Source: Oscillospiraceae bacterium (GTDB lineage: Bacteria; Bacillota; Clostridia; Oscillospirales; Oscillospiraceae). Taken from it: a stretch of DNA of 40,509 nt. The position numbers and the translations under genes are program-made. The notes under the pieces are model-generated. The model saw only the letters and a program-made list of their open reading frames with translations. It searched no databases and was not told where the DNA came from. The stretch covers positions 1-40,509 of the forward strand of contig JAISDV010000151.1 of NCBI GenBank assembly GCA_031264545.1. Direction: 5' to 3'. Of this stretch, positions 17,832 through 26,415 are shown piece after piece. Within the stretch, counting starts at the first letter, position 1; every line of letters starts with the position of its first letter.

Positions 17832-18797
17832 ATGACAAAAAAGCACAAGCTGCTGTCTCTTGCACTGATCCTGGTTCTCACCCTTTCCCTTGCCGCCTGC
17901 GGAGCGGCGTCCGCAACGCCGGCGTCCGAAACGGAGCAGTACGCAGCAGCCCCTGACCTGACTGCGGCGGAAACGCCCGAGGAAGCCGGCGAGATCAGTT
18001 ACATGTCGACCGCATCCGCAGCAGAGCTTTCCGGCAGCCCGTCGACGGCTTTCACGCCGGAAAAAATCATTTACGCCGGCTATGCCGAAATCGAAACCCT
18101 CGATTTTGACAAATCTATGGCGGCGCTCACGGCGCTCATTGAAAGCTGCGGCGGCTTTATCCAGTCTTCCAGCGTAACGGGCGGGGACTATAATACGGTT
18201 TACAGAGGAAAGCCCGCCTACCGCCGCGCGGACTATACGATCCGCGTTCCCGTTGAAAGCTACGATTCCGTGCGGGGCAGTCTCTCGGCGCTTGGGCATG
18301 TCGTCAGCAGCAGCACAAACGCGGAAAATATCACGATGCAGTATACGGACACCGAGGCCCGCCTCGAGACCTATCGCACACAGGAGTCCCGTCTGCTCGA
18401 CCTCCTTGCCAAAGCGGACAGTGTGGCGGACATGATCATCATCGAAAACGCCATCTCCGAGGTGCGTTATCAGCTCGAGAGCCTGACCTCGCAGATTAAA
18501 AACTGGGATTCACAGATCAGCTATTCCACCCTTTCGCTTTACATCTCCGAGGTCTCGCTCTATTCTGAGGACAATTCTTCGTCCATCGGCTATGGCCAGC
18601 AGCTCGCCCAAACCTTCCGGTATTCCCTTTACAGCGTCGGAGGCTTCTTCAAGAGTTTTTTCAAATTCCTTGTCGGCGCTTTCCCAGTAATCGTCGTACT
18701 CGCGGTGATCGCCGTCCCCGTCGTCCTGGCCGTCCGGACGGCACGGAAAAAAGCCGAAAAGCGCAAGGGAAGCGGCGGGCCTGAGCAAACGCCCTGA
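17832..18797 (+). CDS. DUF4349-family lipoprotein
   Basis: ATG 17832 follows GGAGGAG. Lipobox LSLAAC. The central region (...YTIRVPVESYDSV...YTDTEARLETYRTQESRLLDLL...EVRYQLESLTSQ...) matches the DUF4349 pattern as remembered. There is a C-terminal TM helix. Confidence 0.75.
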   Translation: MTKKHKLLSLALILVLTLSLAACGAASATPASETEQYAAAPDLTAAETPEEAGEISYMSTASAAELSGSPSTAFTPEKIIYAGYAEIETLDFDKSMAALTALIESCGGFIQSSSVTGGDYNTVYRGKPAYRRADYTIRVPVESYDSVRGSLSALGHVVSSSTNAENITMQYTDTEARLETYRTQESRLLDLLAKADSVADMIIIENAISEVRYQLESLTSQIKNWDSQISYSTLSLYISEVSLYSEDNSSSIGYGQQLAQTFRYSLYSVGGFFKSFFKFLVGAFPVIVVLAVIAVPVVLAVRTARKKAEKRKGSGGPEQTP

Positions 18798-18833
18798 TCA
18801 CTTCCGCAGGAACGGCGAAATCGCGTAAAACGC

Positions 18834-18873
18834 CTCCGGGCGGACGGCCTTGGCCGTCCGCCCGGAGCTTTTG
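18834..18873. terminator. bidirectional intrinsic terminator between the convergent DUF4349 and purN-like genes
   Basis: CTCCGGGCGGACGG (18834-18847), loop CCTTGG, CCGTCCGCCCGGAG (18854-18867), followed by CTTTTG. Confidence 0.75.
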
Positions 18874-18899
18874 CCGGAGAACACGCCGGATTCCCTCCG

Positions 18900-19559
18900 C
18901 TATTTTGTCAGCGTTTCAATTCCGGCGCTCTGATCCCCGGCGATGTGTACGGCGCCGTTTGCGAAGCTCAGCCTGCCGGCACAGAACAGGGCGACGGCCC
19001 TCGGCAATATCAGGCTCTCCGCTTCCTCGAGGATGCGCAGCTGGAGCGAGGCAGGCGTATCATTCTCGCGCACGGCGACCGCCTTCTGAAGGATGATCGC
19101 CCGCGCGTTCGGGTCGTCCGCGACGAAATGCACTGTTGCGCCGGAAAGCTTCACGCCGGCCGCGAGCGCCGCCTCCTGTATCCCCTGGCCGGAAAGCCCG
19201 GCGTCCGTAAAAGCGGGTACCAGCGAGGAATACGTATCGATAATCCTGCCGCTGTAGTGCTTCAGTATGGGCTGCGTCAGCTCACAGTTAAAGCCCGCGA
19301 GCACAACCAGCTCGATGTCAAGGTCGCGGAGCTTATCGAGTATCGCAAAGCCGAAAACCGTCTGGCTCGGAAAAAGCGCCCTGTCGACCACATAGGCCGG
19401 TATGCCCGCTCTTTCGGCCCTTTTAAGGGCGTATGCGTCGGGATTCGAGGATATTACCGCCGACAGCCCGCAGTCGGGCATTTCCCCGAACATGCTCGCG
19501 TCGATGAGCGCCTGCAGATTCAAGCCTCCGCCGGACACCAAAACCGCGGTTCTGACCAT
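18900..19559 (-). CDS. PurN-like formyltransferase-fold protein with a non-canonical active site
   Basis: 219 aa, collinear with phosphoribosylglycinamide formyltransferase (VLVSGGGLNLQALID...VLAGF...GATVHFV). The NxHPSLLP motif reads DTYSSLVP here. See findings. Confidence 0.75.
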   Translation of the reverse strand: MVRTAVLVSGGGLNLQALIDASMFGEMPDCGLSAVISSNPDAYALKRAERAGIPAYVVDRALFPSQTVFGFAILDKLRDLDIELVVLAGFNCELTQPILKHYSGRIIDTYSSLVPAFTDAGLSGQGIQEAALAAGVKLSGATVHFVADDPNARAIILQKAVAVRENDTPASLQLRILEEAESLILPRAVALFCAGRLSFANGAVHIAGDQSAGIETLTK

Positions 19560-19625
19560 TTTCCCACTCCTTCTCAGTGCTGAATGTTTATAAGCTGTTG
19601 GATTTGTCTGAATACCGGCGCTTGC

Positions 19626-21848
19626 TCAATTGCCGAGCAGCTTTTCCGCCCAGCGCCTGTTGAGCGCCTCGGCGGCAATCAGCTTCTCGACCCGCCGCCT
19701 GCGCGCCGCCCCGTCGTCAGCCTGCCTGACGGCCGCGGCCATCTCGGAAATCAGTTCCCCGGCGGTCAGCGCCTCCAGCCCGATACAGCTTTCGCCGCCG
19801 AGACCGGCGAGGAAAGCCGTCACCTTGGGGTCGTAGGAAACCCCCACGATCGGTACGCCCTGCGACGCGGCGAAAATCAGCCCGTGCAGGCGCATGGATA
19901 CGACGACTTTCATGCGGGCGAGCACGCCGAGCATAAGCGCGGAATCCATCGGCTCCGAGATCACGGCGGAGGCGTTCCGCATCAGCGCGCGGACGCCGTC
20001 CGTGGTATAGCCGTCCTCCTCGCGGTTTATCAGGATAAAGACGGGCTTCAAACCCAGCCTTTCAGCCGCGTAGTCCGCCGCCTGCGCAAAGGCGTCCGCC
20101 TTTTCCTCAAAGCCCGCCCAGCTTCTCACGGAGAAGCAGGCGCAGGCCTCGCCGGGCGCTATCCCGCAGGACAAAAGCTGCCCGAGGACCCTGTCCTCCG
20201 GTGCGGGCGGCAGAGAGAGCGCGGGGTCGGCGCTGACGATCAGCTCCGGGCCGCGCACGCCGAGGCGCTCGAGCTCAGACAGGCTGTGGCGCTCGCGCAG
20301 GGTGATGACATCCACATCCCGGCTCAGAATATGCCGGATGACGGACTCGTCGCGGCTGTCCGCGATCGGTCCGATGCCGCAGCCGTACATCATCACGGCG
20401 TTGCCCAGGCGCTTCGCCGTCGTGATCGTATAGAGATAATACCAGAGACTCCGCCGGCTCGTGACGTTTTGAATCAGGCTGCCGCCGCCGCTGAGGTAGA
20501 GCTTCGTTTTTTTCATTACGCGGCGGAAAGCAAGGTTGTTGAACATATGGATGGAGCCGACGCCGTATTGCAGGCGGGTCTCCCTGGGTCTGCGCGAAAG
20601 AGCAGTGATCGGCATGAAAGGGTCGATCAGGCGCATCGCGCCGACGATGGCCTCGAGTATCGCGTCGTCCCCGGCGTTGCCCATCCCGTAGGCCCCGCAG
20701 ATGACTACGCCGTTTCGTTCGCCGCGCTTTTTCAGTCTCTCGCGTTTGAGGATCTCGCCGTAGATCTCGAGCTGCCGGCGCGTCGTGGCCTCGACAGAAA
20801 ATTCGTTCCTTGCCTTTTCATAGACGGCGCTGCCCAGCCGCCGCCGGAGCTGCGCGCTGCTGCCGAGCTCGACGAGTCTGCCTGCCAGCGCACCGGCGTC
20901 TCCCGGCGGAAACAGAAAGCCCGTTTCCCCGTCGATGATCAGCTTCGGCACCCCGCCGACGCGCGTGCTGACCGTCGCAAGGCGCGATCTCGCGCCCTCG
21001 GCCAGCGCGAAGGGGAAGGTCTCCGAAAGCGAGGTCAGCGCGTTGATGTCAAGGGCCGCGAAAAAGCGGTTGATATCGCCGATCCAGCCGGCGAAGCAGA
21101 GCCTGTCCGCAACGCCCAGCTCACCGGCCAGCGCCCTGAGGCTTTCCAGCTCCGCGCCGTCTCCCGCGATGACGAGCCGGAGACGCGGGCAGCGCGCCAG
21201 CGCCAGCGCAAAGCCCCGGATAAGCGTCGCGAGGTCCTTGACCGGATCGAGCCGAGCCGCGATGCCGACGACGACGCTGTCCCCGTCCGCATCGAGTCCC
21301 AGCGCGCGCAGATAGGAAAGCCTGTCCGCGTTTTCAGGCTTAACGGTAAAATCCACGCCGTTATAGATCGAAAAAATCCGGTTTGGATCGTGCCCGCGCG
21401 CGATAAGCAGGTCCCTCATCGCGTCCGAAACGCCGATAAGATAGTCTGCCCGGCGCAGGGCGCGCGCGTTGAGCGTGCCGTAAACCAGCCCCGCCAGCGG
21501 CCGGCTGAGATAATCCAGTTTCGGGTCGCTGTGGACGGTGGCAAGCACGGGTACGCAGCAGACGCCGCGCAGCAGGCGCGCGATGAAATTGCCTTTCGCG
21601 CCGTGGGAGTGAACAAGGTCGTATCCGCCGTCCCGAATCATCCGCGCGAGCTTTCCGAGCGCGGGGAAAAATGCCCCGTCCAGGATTACGGTGGGGATGC
21701 CGAGCGCCTCGGCCTCAGCCGAGAACTCGCCCCGCGTGAAGCAGACGAGCTTCGCGTCGAGCTGTCCGCAGATGCCCGAAAGCAGATAATGGATGTGCGT
21801 TTTTGCGCCGCCCGTATCGCCGCCGCTTATCAGATGAATAACTTTCAC
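19626..21848 (-). CDS. csaB: fusion protein: N-terminal GT4 glycosyltransferase plus C-terminal polysaccharide pyruvyl transferase CsaB
   Basis: GTG 21848 preceded by GGAGGTCCTGC gives VKVIHLISGGDTGGAKTHI... (GT4). From about residue 440 of the track ORF it reads VVICGAYGMGNAGDDAILEAIV...LSGGGSLIQNVTSRRSLWYYL...MMYGCGIGPI, the CsaB signature. The extra 47 codons of the track ORF lack an RBS. Confidence 0.8.
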   Translation of the reverse strand: MKVIHLISGGDTGGAKTHIHYLLSGICGQLDAKLVCFTRGEFSAEAEALGIPTVILDGAFFPALGKLARMIRDGGYDLVHSHGAKGNFIARLLRGVCCVPVLATVHSDPKLDYLSRPLAGLVYGTLNARALRRADYLIGVSDAMRDLLIARGHDPNRIFSIYNGVDFTVKPENADRLSYLRALGLDADGDSVVVGIAARLDPVKDLATLIRGFALALARCPRLRLVIAGDGAELESLRALAGELGVADRLCFAGWIGDINRFFAALDINALTSLSETFPFALAEGARSRLATVSTRVGGVPKLIIDGETGFLFPPGDAGALAGRLVELGSSAQLRRRLGSAVYEKARNEFSVEATTRRQLEIYGEILKRERLKKRGERNGVVICGAYGMGNAGDDAILEAIVGAMRLIDPFMPITALSRRPRETRLQYGVGSIHMFNNLAFRRVMKKTKLYLSGGGSLIQNVTSRRSLWYYLYTITTAKRLGNAVMMYGCGIGPIADSRDESVIRHILSRDVDVITLRERHSLSELERLGVRGPELIVSADPALSLPPAPEDRVLGQLLSCGIAPGEACACFSVRSWAGFEEKADAFAQAADYAAERLGLKPVFILINREEDGYTTDGVRALMRNASAVISEPMDSALMLGVLARMKVVVSMRLHGLIFAASQGVPIVGVSYDPKVTAFLAGLGGESCIGLEALTAGELISEMAAAVRQADDGAARRRRVEKLIAAEALNRRWAEKLLGN

Positions 21849-22096
21849 GCAGGACCTCCGTTCGCGTACAGCGCCCCGGCTGAGGCGAAATGCGCGCCGT
21901 CTCCGGGCGAAGCGCCGCGGGCCGCGCGCGTCGGCAGGTATCCGCAGCCGCAAGCAGGATTTTTGCGCACTTGTTAAAACGCCGCGCATGTTATAGAATG
22001 TACAGGGTCTTTTTTCGCGTCCTGCCGGAACGCGGCAATGCTGTTAACTGTATTTATATCATACCCGTTCATGGCGGTCAACCTGTGGAGGGCAAT

Positions 22097-23242
22097 ATGA
22101 CGAAGATCTACCTGATACGGCACGCGGAAGCGGAGGGCAACCTCTATCGCCGCGTACACGGGCATTACGACGGCGACATTACACCGAGGGGCTGCAAGCA
22201 GATCGCGCTGCTTTCGGAGCGCTTTCGCGGCGTCCGGGTCGACGCGGTTTACGCCAGTGACCTCCGGCGTACTCAGAAAACGGCGGGCGCGCTGCTGAGG
22301 GACCGCCCGCTTTCCCTCAACATTGAGCCGAGACTCAAGGAAATCGGCATGGGTATCTGGGAGGACAGTCCCTGGGGCAACGTCGGCTATGACCAGCCGG
22401 AACAGCTGCGGTATTTCTCAAACGACCCGGATAAATGGTCGGTCGCGGGCTGCGAGCCTTTTCCGCAGCTGCGCGCGCGCATGACCGGCGTGCTCGCCGA
22501 GCTGGCGGAAAGACACGAGGGCCAGACCCTTGCCTGCTTCAGCCACGGCATGGCGATCCGCGCCCTCGTCAGCGGGCTGAGGGACATTCCCTCCGACCGG
22601 ATTTATGAAACGCCCCACGGCGACAACACCTGTGTGGCCGCGATCACTTATTCGGGCGGCCGCGCCGACATCGCATACTTCAACGACAACCGCCACCTGC
22701 CCCCGGCGGTGAGCACCTTCGCCGGGCAGAGCTGGTGGCGGGAGAGGCGGATGACGTTCGACGCGTCCAATCTGCGTATAATACCGATGGACATTTCCGA
22801 GGAAGCCCGGCTTTACGCGGATTGCTACAGGGACAGCTGGCGCACGGCGCACGGTTCGCTGAAGGGTTTTTCGGAGGAACCGTATCTCCGGCAGGCGGAA
22901 AAGGCCGTCAAAAAAAGCCCGCTGTCCCTGATGAAGGCGCTCTCCGGCGACGATTTTGCCGGGATCATTGAGCTGGACACCGAGCGGGGCGCTGAGCTGG
23001 ACGCGGTCTGGATCAGCTTCCTGTACCTGACGCCGGGCCTGCGCGGAAATAAGCTGGGCGTCCAGCTCGTCGGGCACGCCGTTTCCGTCTGCCGAAAGCT
23101 CGGCAGAAACGCCCTGCGCCTCCACGTCGCGGAGGAGAACAAAAGCGCGCTCGCCTTCTACCGGAAACTCGGCTTTACCGCAGTCGGCACTGAAAACGGC
23201 ATCGTCTGCCCGCTTCTCCTGCTTGAAATGAAGCTTTCATAA
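22097..23242 (+). CDS. histidine phosphatase (phosphoglycerate-mutase superfamily) fused to a GNAT acetyltransferase domain
   Basis: ATG 22097 follows GGAGGG. The N-terminus carries the RHG motif (IYLIRHAEAEGN) and ...FSHGMAIRAL. The C-terminal part is GNAT-like (LRGNKLGVQLVGHAVSVCRKLG...ALAFYRKLGF). Confidence 0.75.
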   Translation: MTKIYLIRHAEAEGNLYRRVHGHYDGDITPRGCKQIALLSERFRGVRVDAVYASDLRRTQKTAGALLRDRPLSLNIEPRLKEIGMGIWEDSPWGNVGYDQPEQLRYFSNDPDKWSVAGCEPFPQLRARMTGVLAELAERHEGQTLACFSHGMAIRALVSGLRDIPSDRIYETPHGDNTCVAAITYSGGRADIAYFNDNRHLPPAVSTFAGQSWWRERRMTFDASNLRIIPMDISEEARLYADCYRDSWRTAHGSLKGFSEEPYLRQAEKAVKKSPLSLMKALSGDDFAGIIELDTERGAELDAVWISFLYLTPGLRGNKLGVQLVGHAVSVCRKLGRNALRLHVAEENKSALAFYRKLGFTAVGTENGIVCPLLLLEMKLS

Positions 23243-23255
23243 AAACGCTGTTTTT

Positions 23256-23297
23256 ACGCGCCTGTGCGTGCATAGTGCGCACAGGCGCGTGGATTTT
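23256..23297 (+). terminator. intrinsic terminator after the phosphatase-GNAT gene
   Basis: ACGCGCCTGTGCG (23256-23268), a 9-nt loop, CGCACAGGCGCGT (23278-23290), followed by GGATTTTA. Confidence 0.7.
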
Positions 23298-23318
23298 ATG
23301 CCGCGGCGCGGAACGCGC

Positions 23319-23876
23319 TCAGCCCGCGCCCGGGGGACAGCCGCCCCGCAGGGCCCGGACCATGTCGCAGTCGCAGCCGCCGGCAAGGTCCCCGCTTATG
23401 CGGTGCTCCAGGAGGACGACGTTCCGCCACAGGCCGAAGCGGTCCTTTGCCAGCCGCTCCCTGTAACCCACGGTGCGGAAGCCGTGTTTTTCATGCAGGT
23501 GGAGCGCGGCCTTGTTGCTTTCAAAAACTGCGGACTGGACCGACCAGAAGCCCGCATCCTCTGAGGCCTTCAGCAGCGCTGTGACCAGCAGTCCGCCGAC
23601 GCCTCTGCCGCAGTGGCTGAGATCGACGTAGACCTCGAGCTCCGCGACGCCGCTGAGCCATTCGTCGGTTGAAACGGCGGAGAGCGCCGCCCAGCCGACG
23701 ACCTCGCCCTCGGTCTCGGCAATGAAGCGGCACACCGCGATGTGCCCCGCGTCCCAGTCCTCATACGAGGGACAGGAAATGCTGAAGCCGGCGTTATTCG
23801 TCTGTAGGCCCTGATAGTAGATCTCAACGACTGCGCCCCAGTCGGCTTTCTCCATCGGGCGTATGCGGTATGCCAT
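23319..23876 (-). CDS. GNAT N-acetyltransferase, phosphinothricin/methionine-sulfoximine acetyltransferase-like
   Basis: ATG 23876 follows GGGGGAGG. The product reads MAYRIRPMEKADWGAVVEIYYQGLQT...VAELEVYVDLSHCGRGVGGLL...ESNKAALHLHEKHGFRTVG. Confidence 0.75.
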   Translation of the reverse strand: MAYRIRPMEKADWGAVVEIYYQGLQTNNAGFSISCPSYEDWDAGHIAVCRFIAETEGEVVGWAALSAVSTDEWLSGVAELEVYVDLSHCGRGVGGLLVTALLKASEDAGFWSVQSAVFESNKAALHLHEKHGFRTVGYRERLAKDRFGLWRNVVLLEHRISGDLAGGCDCDMVRALRGGCPPGAG

Positions 23877-24107
23877 GGCGCCTCCCCCTTTATGATCAAT
23901 ATATCCCAATATGAATTATAGCAGAAAAGTGCGGAAAAGCTATTGCTCGGCGTCGGCAGTAACAGAAAAAATTTTGTTTGCGAATCCAAGGACAGCCTGC
24001 CCCTGACGCTATGGGTGCGCCTGAAGACCCACAGGCCTCACCGGCCGCGCGCGCTTTTTCAAAGGGACGGGATTTTGAAGCGGAATGGAACGGGCGCGCC
24101 CGCTGTA

Positions 24108-24140
24108 AACAAAAAAGGCGGATCGTGCGACCCGCCTCCT
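24108..24140 (-). terminator. intrinsic terminator of rbr
   Basis: Minus strand reads AGGCGG, a 10-nt loop, CCGCCT, followed by TTTTTTGTTT. Confidence 0.6.
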
Positions 24141-24173
24141 GTCTTCCGCCCGGGTGTGCCCGGACTGTCGTTT

Positions 24174-24707
24174 TTAATAGTTCTCGGGCCTGATTTCAAA
24201 GTAGGCCTGAGGGTGGCTGCATACGGGACAGATCTTGGGCGCCTCGAGGCCATACTCAAGATGTCCGCAGTTGCGGCAGTACCAGACCTTGATGCCGCTG
24301 CGCGCGAAAACCTCGTTGTTCTGGAGATTTTCAGCCAGCTTGATGTAGCGCTCCTCGTGGGTCTTTTCGATCTTGGCGACAGCCGCGAACTGATCAGCCA
24401 GCGCGATAAAGCCCTCTTCACGGGCGGTGTCGGCCATCTCCTTATACATGTCCGTCCACTCGTAATGCTCGCCCTCAGCCGCCGCGACAAGATTGTCCGC
24501 CGTCGTGCCGATGCCGCCGAGCGCCTTGAACCAGAGCTTCGCGTGTTCCTTTTCATTGCCGGCGGTCTCTTCAAAAATGGCGGCTATCTGCTCGTAGCCG
24601 TCCTTGCGGGCCTTACTCGCAAAATAAGTGTATTTGTTGCGCGCTTGGCTCTCGCCTGCAAATGCTGTCCAGAGATTGGCTTCCGTCTTGCTTCCTTTGA
24701 GTTCCAT
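24174..24707 (-). CDS. rbr: rubrerythrin
   Basis: 177 aa. It has ferritin-like diiron motifs (...GESQARNKY...EKEH...EGEHYE...EKTHEERY) and a C-terminal rubredoxin segment (CRNCGH...CPVCSHP). Confidence 0.92.
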   Translation of the reverse strand: MELKGSKTEANLWTAFAGESQARNKYTYFASKARKDGYEQIAAIFEETAGNEKEHAKLWFKALGGIGTTADNLVAAAEGEHYEWTDMYKEMADTAREEGFIALADQFAAVAKIEKTHEERYIKLAENLQNNEVFARSGIKVWYCRNCGHLEYGLEAPKICPVCSHPQAYFEIRPENY

Positions 24708-24724
24708 GATATTACCTCCGATTA

Positions 24725-25117
24725 TTATTTTTCATCGTCCTCTGCGCAGTCTGCGCAGCTGCCGTAGAATATCAATTCGTGCCTTCTGACGGTATGGCGG
24801 TAAACGGCTCCGGCCTTGGCGTCGAGCGCGCTGTCGTAGTCCACATCCGGCATATCGAACACTCTGCCGCATTTACCGCAGAGAAAATGCGCGTGCGGCT
24901 CCGTAATACCGTCGAAGCGTTCGACAGGAAAGGGCAGCTTGACGATACAGCCCTCCTCAACGAGCCGGTTCAGGTTGCGGTAAACCGTTCCCAGGCTGAG
25001 AGAGGGGCTTTCCGGCTTGAGCCTTTGGTAGACCATTTCCGCCGTCAGATGCTCCGTTGTATCCAGAACGGCGCGGCAAATACGCTCACGCTGTCTTGAA
25101 TAGCGTTTCGTCGCCAT
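24725..25117 (-). CDS. perR: Fur-family peroxide-responsive repressor (PerR-like)
   Basis: 130 aa with a winged helix (...[16 protein letters not shown]...), [12 protein letters not shown] and a C-terminal CADC Zn site. It lies immediately upstream of rbr, with a 17-nt gap. Confidence 0.8.
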   Translation of the reverse strand: MATKRYSRQRERICRAVLDTTEHLTAEMVYQRLKPESPSLSLGTVYRNLNRLVEEGCIVKLPFPVERFDGITEPHAHFLCGKCGRVFDMPDVDYDSALDAKAGAVYRHTVRRHELIFYGSCADCAEDDEK

Positions 25118-25140
25118 AGAGGACCCTCTTAATCAGTAAA

Positions 25141-25188
25141 GATTATCATTAACGATTTCTATTATACCACGCCACGTTCAGAATTCAA
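25141..25188 (-). promoter_or_regulatory. perR-rbr promoter with a Fur/PerR-box-like operator
   Basis: Minus strand reads TTGAAT (25188-25183), 16 nt, then TATAAT (25166-25161). It is followed by ATCGTTAATGATAATC (25156-25141), which resembles the GATAATGATAATCATTATC Fur-box core. Confidence 0.45.
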
Positions 25189-25303
25189 GCGTTTTTTGAA
25201 AAATTTTTTTCTGAACTTTTCTGAACTTTTCTGTTGCGTTTTCTCATTTTTACCGCGCTTCCCGCCGCTCGGACGGGTCAATGTCAAGCCCCATATTTCA
25301 CCG

Positions 25304-25460
25304 TTACCGCTTGTCGCGGCCGGAATCATTTTTCTGCCGTCTTTGCCTAGCCCGTTCCAATATCACGTTGATCGTTTCGCCGTTCAGCTCGCCCGGATAG
25401 CTTTTGTTGAAGTCAAGCAGAATATTTTCAGCTCGCTTTTCAGCTTCGCGTATTTCTATG
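25304..25460 (-). pseudogene. 3'-terminal gene remnant (no start codon), unknown family
   Basis: The minus frame reads ...IEIREAEKRAENILLDFNKSYPGELNGETINVILERARQRRQKNDSGRDKR*. This is protein-like, but no ATG, GTG or TTG with an RBS is present. It is cut off at the TGAATATAGGTTC junction at 25458-25472. Confidence 0.35.
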
Positions 25461-25539
25461 AATATAGGTTCTGACTTTTCAATTGTCGGAAGGGCAAAAA
25501 TCGTGTATGATATCAATGACTGGAAAGGGGCAGCTGCCA

Positions 25540-25710
25540 ATGAATGAAAACGACAAAATTCAGCTATTTGAGGACAGGCGTATCCGCACCGCATGGGACG
25601 AGAACAAGCGGGAATGGTATTTTTCTGTGTCAGACGTTGTGGCCGTTTTAACCGACAGCGCGGATGTGAAGCAGTACATAAAGAAAATGCGGTGGACTTC
25701 TCCAAGCTGA
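25540..25710 (+). pseudogene. truncated Bro-N/DinD-like gene, 5' part only (copy A)
   Basis: MNENDKIQLFEDRRIRTAWDENKREWYFSVSDVVAVLTDSADVKQYIKKMR, then out-of-family WTSPS* after 56 codons. Its own promoter is TTGTCG (25483-88), 17 nt, then TGTATGAT (-10 at 25506-11). It is homologous to 40301-40509. Confidence 0.55.
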
Positions 25711-25856
25711 TAGCGGACGTGATAATAACCGGCGCGCCGGGCGGCAAGGACGGCAAATAGAGGCCGTCCGCGGCTCCGGCAGAAACCGAAAAGTGGGAAG
25801 GGATATAGCGTCCCAACAAAGGATATAAAACCAGCGATTCCGGAGGATAAGATAAA

Positions 25857-26390
25857 ATGAAGGTTGAAACCGGCAGGCCGGAGGACATATCGGGCCGGCT
25901 TCCGCAGGAAATCAACTGCTACGCGCTGCTTGACAGCCTGCAAATCGCTTATACGCGGGTCGATCATGCGGCGGCCGAGACGATCGAGGCCTGTCTCGCG
26001 CGCTCTGCCGTGCTCGGCGTGCGGATATGCAAAAACCTGTTTTTATGCAACCGGCAGGAGACGGCCTTTTACCTGCTGGTCATGCCGGCCGATAAGCAGT
26101 TTCGCACCTCCCGCGTTTCGGCGCAGCTCGGGGTCTCGCGCCTGCACTTTGCCGGCGCGGCGCATATGGCCGAATACCTCGGCCTCAGGCCCGGCAGCGT
26201 CAGCATCCTGGGCCTTATGAACGACCGCGGGAACAGGGTCCGCCTGCTGATGGACCGGGAGCTGCTCTCGCAGGAATATTTCGCCTGCCACCCCTGCGTC
26301 AATACCAGCAGCCTGAAGTTGCGCAGCGCCGAGCTTTTTGAAAAGCTGATCCCCGCGATGGGACACGCGCCGGCCTGTGTTGAGCTGTAG
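25857..26390 (+). CDS. YbaK/ProX-type aminoacyl-tRNA deacylase (prolyl-tRNA synthetase-associated domain)
   Basis: 177 aa reading ...ICKNLFLCNRQETAFYLLVMPADKQFRTSRVSAQLGVSRLHFA...LGLRPGSVSILGLMND...CHPCVNTSSL. GGAGGATAAGATAAA precedes the ATG. Confidence 0.75.
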   Translation: MKVETGRPEDISGRLPQEINCYALLDSLQIAYTRVDHAAAETIEACLARSAVLGVRICKNLFLCNRQETAFYLLVMPADKQFRTSRVSAQLGVSRLHFAGAAHMAEYLGLRPGSVSILGLMNDRGNRVRLLMDRELLSQEYFACHPCVNTSSLKLRSAELFEKLIPAMGHAPACVEL

Positions 26391-26415
26391 GCCAGAAACG
26401 CCTTGTCCCGCGCTT

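Noticed and set aside
19584-21977. 797-aa plus-strand ORF spanning the whole GT4-CsaB locus
   Set aside because: It is antisense to a gene with clear family motifs. Its translation is Arg/Ala/Gly/Pro-rich low complexity and it has no RBS. This is a typical shadow ORF of high-GC DNA.
23910-24107. Roughly 200-nt spacer between the GNAT gene and the rbr terminator, checked for a riboswitch or small RNA
   Set aside because: It contains a GC palindrome (CGGGCGCGCCCG) and a TATAAT for the GNAT gene. I could recognise no known riboswitch core (ykkC, SAM, purine and others).
25211-25233. Tandem repeat CTGAACTTTT x2.5, checked as a possible CRISPR or satellite seed
   Set aside because: It has only two and a half 10-nt units with no spacers and no further copies. 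No CRISPR-like array exists anywhere in the window.
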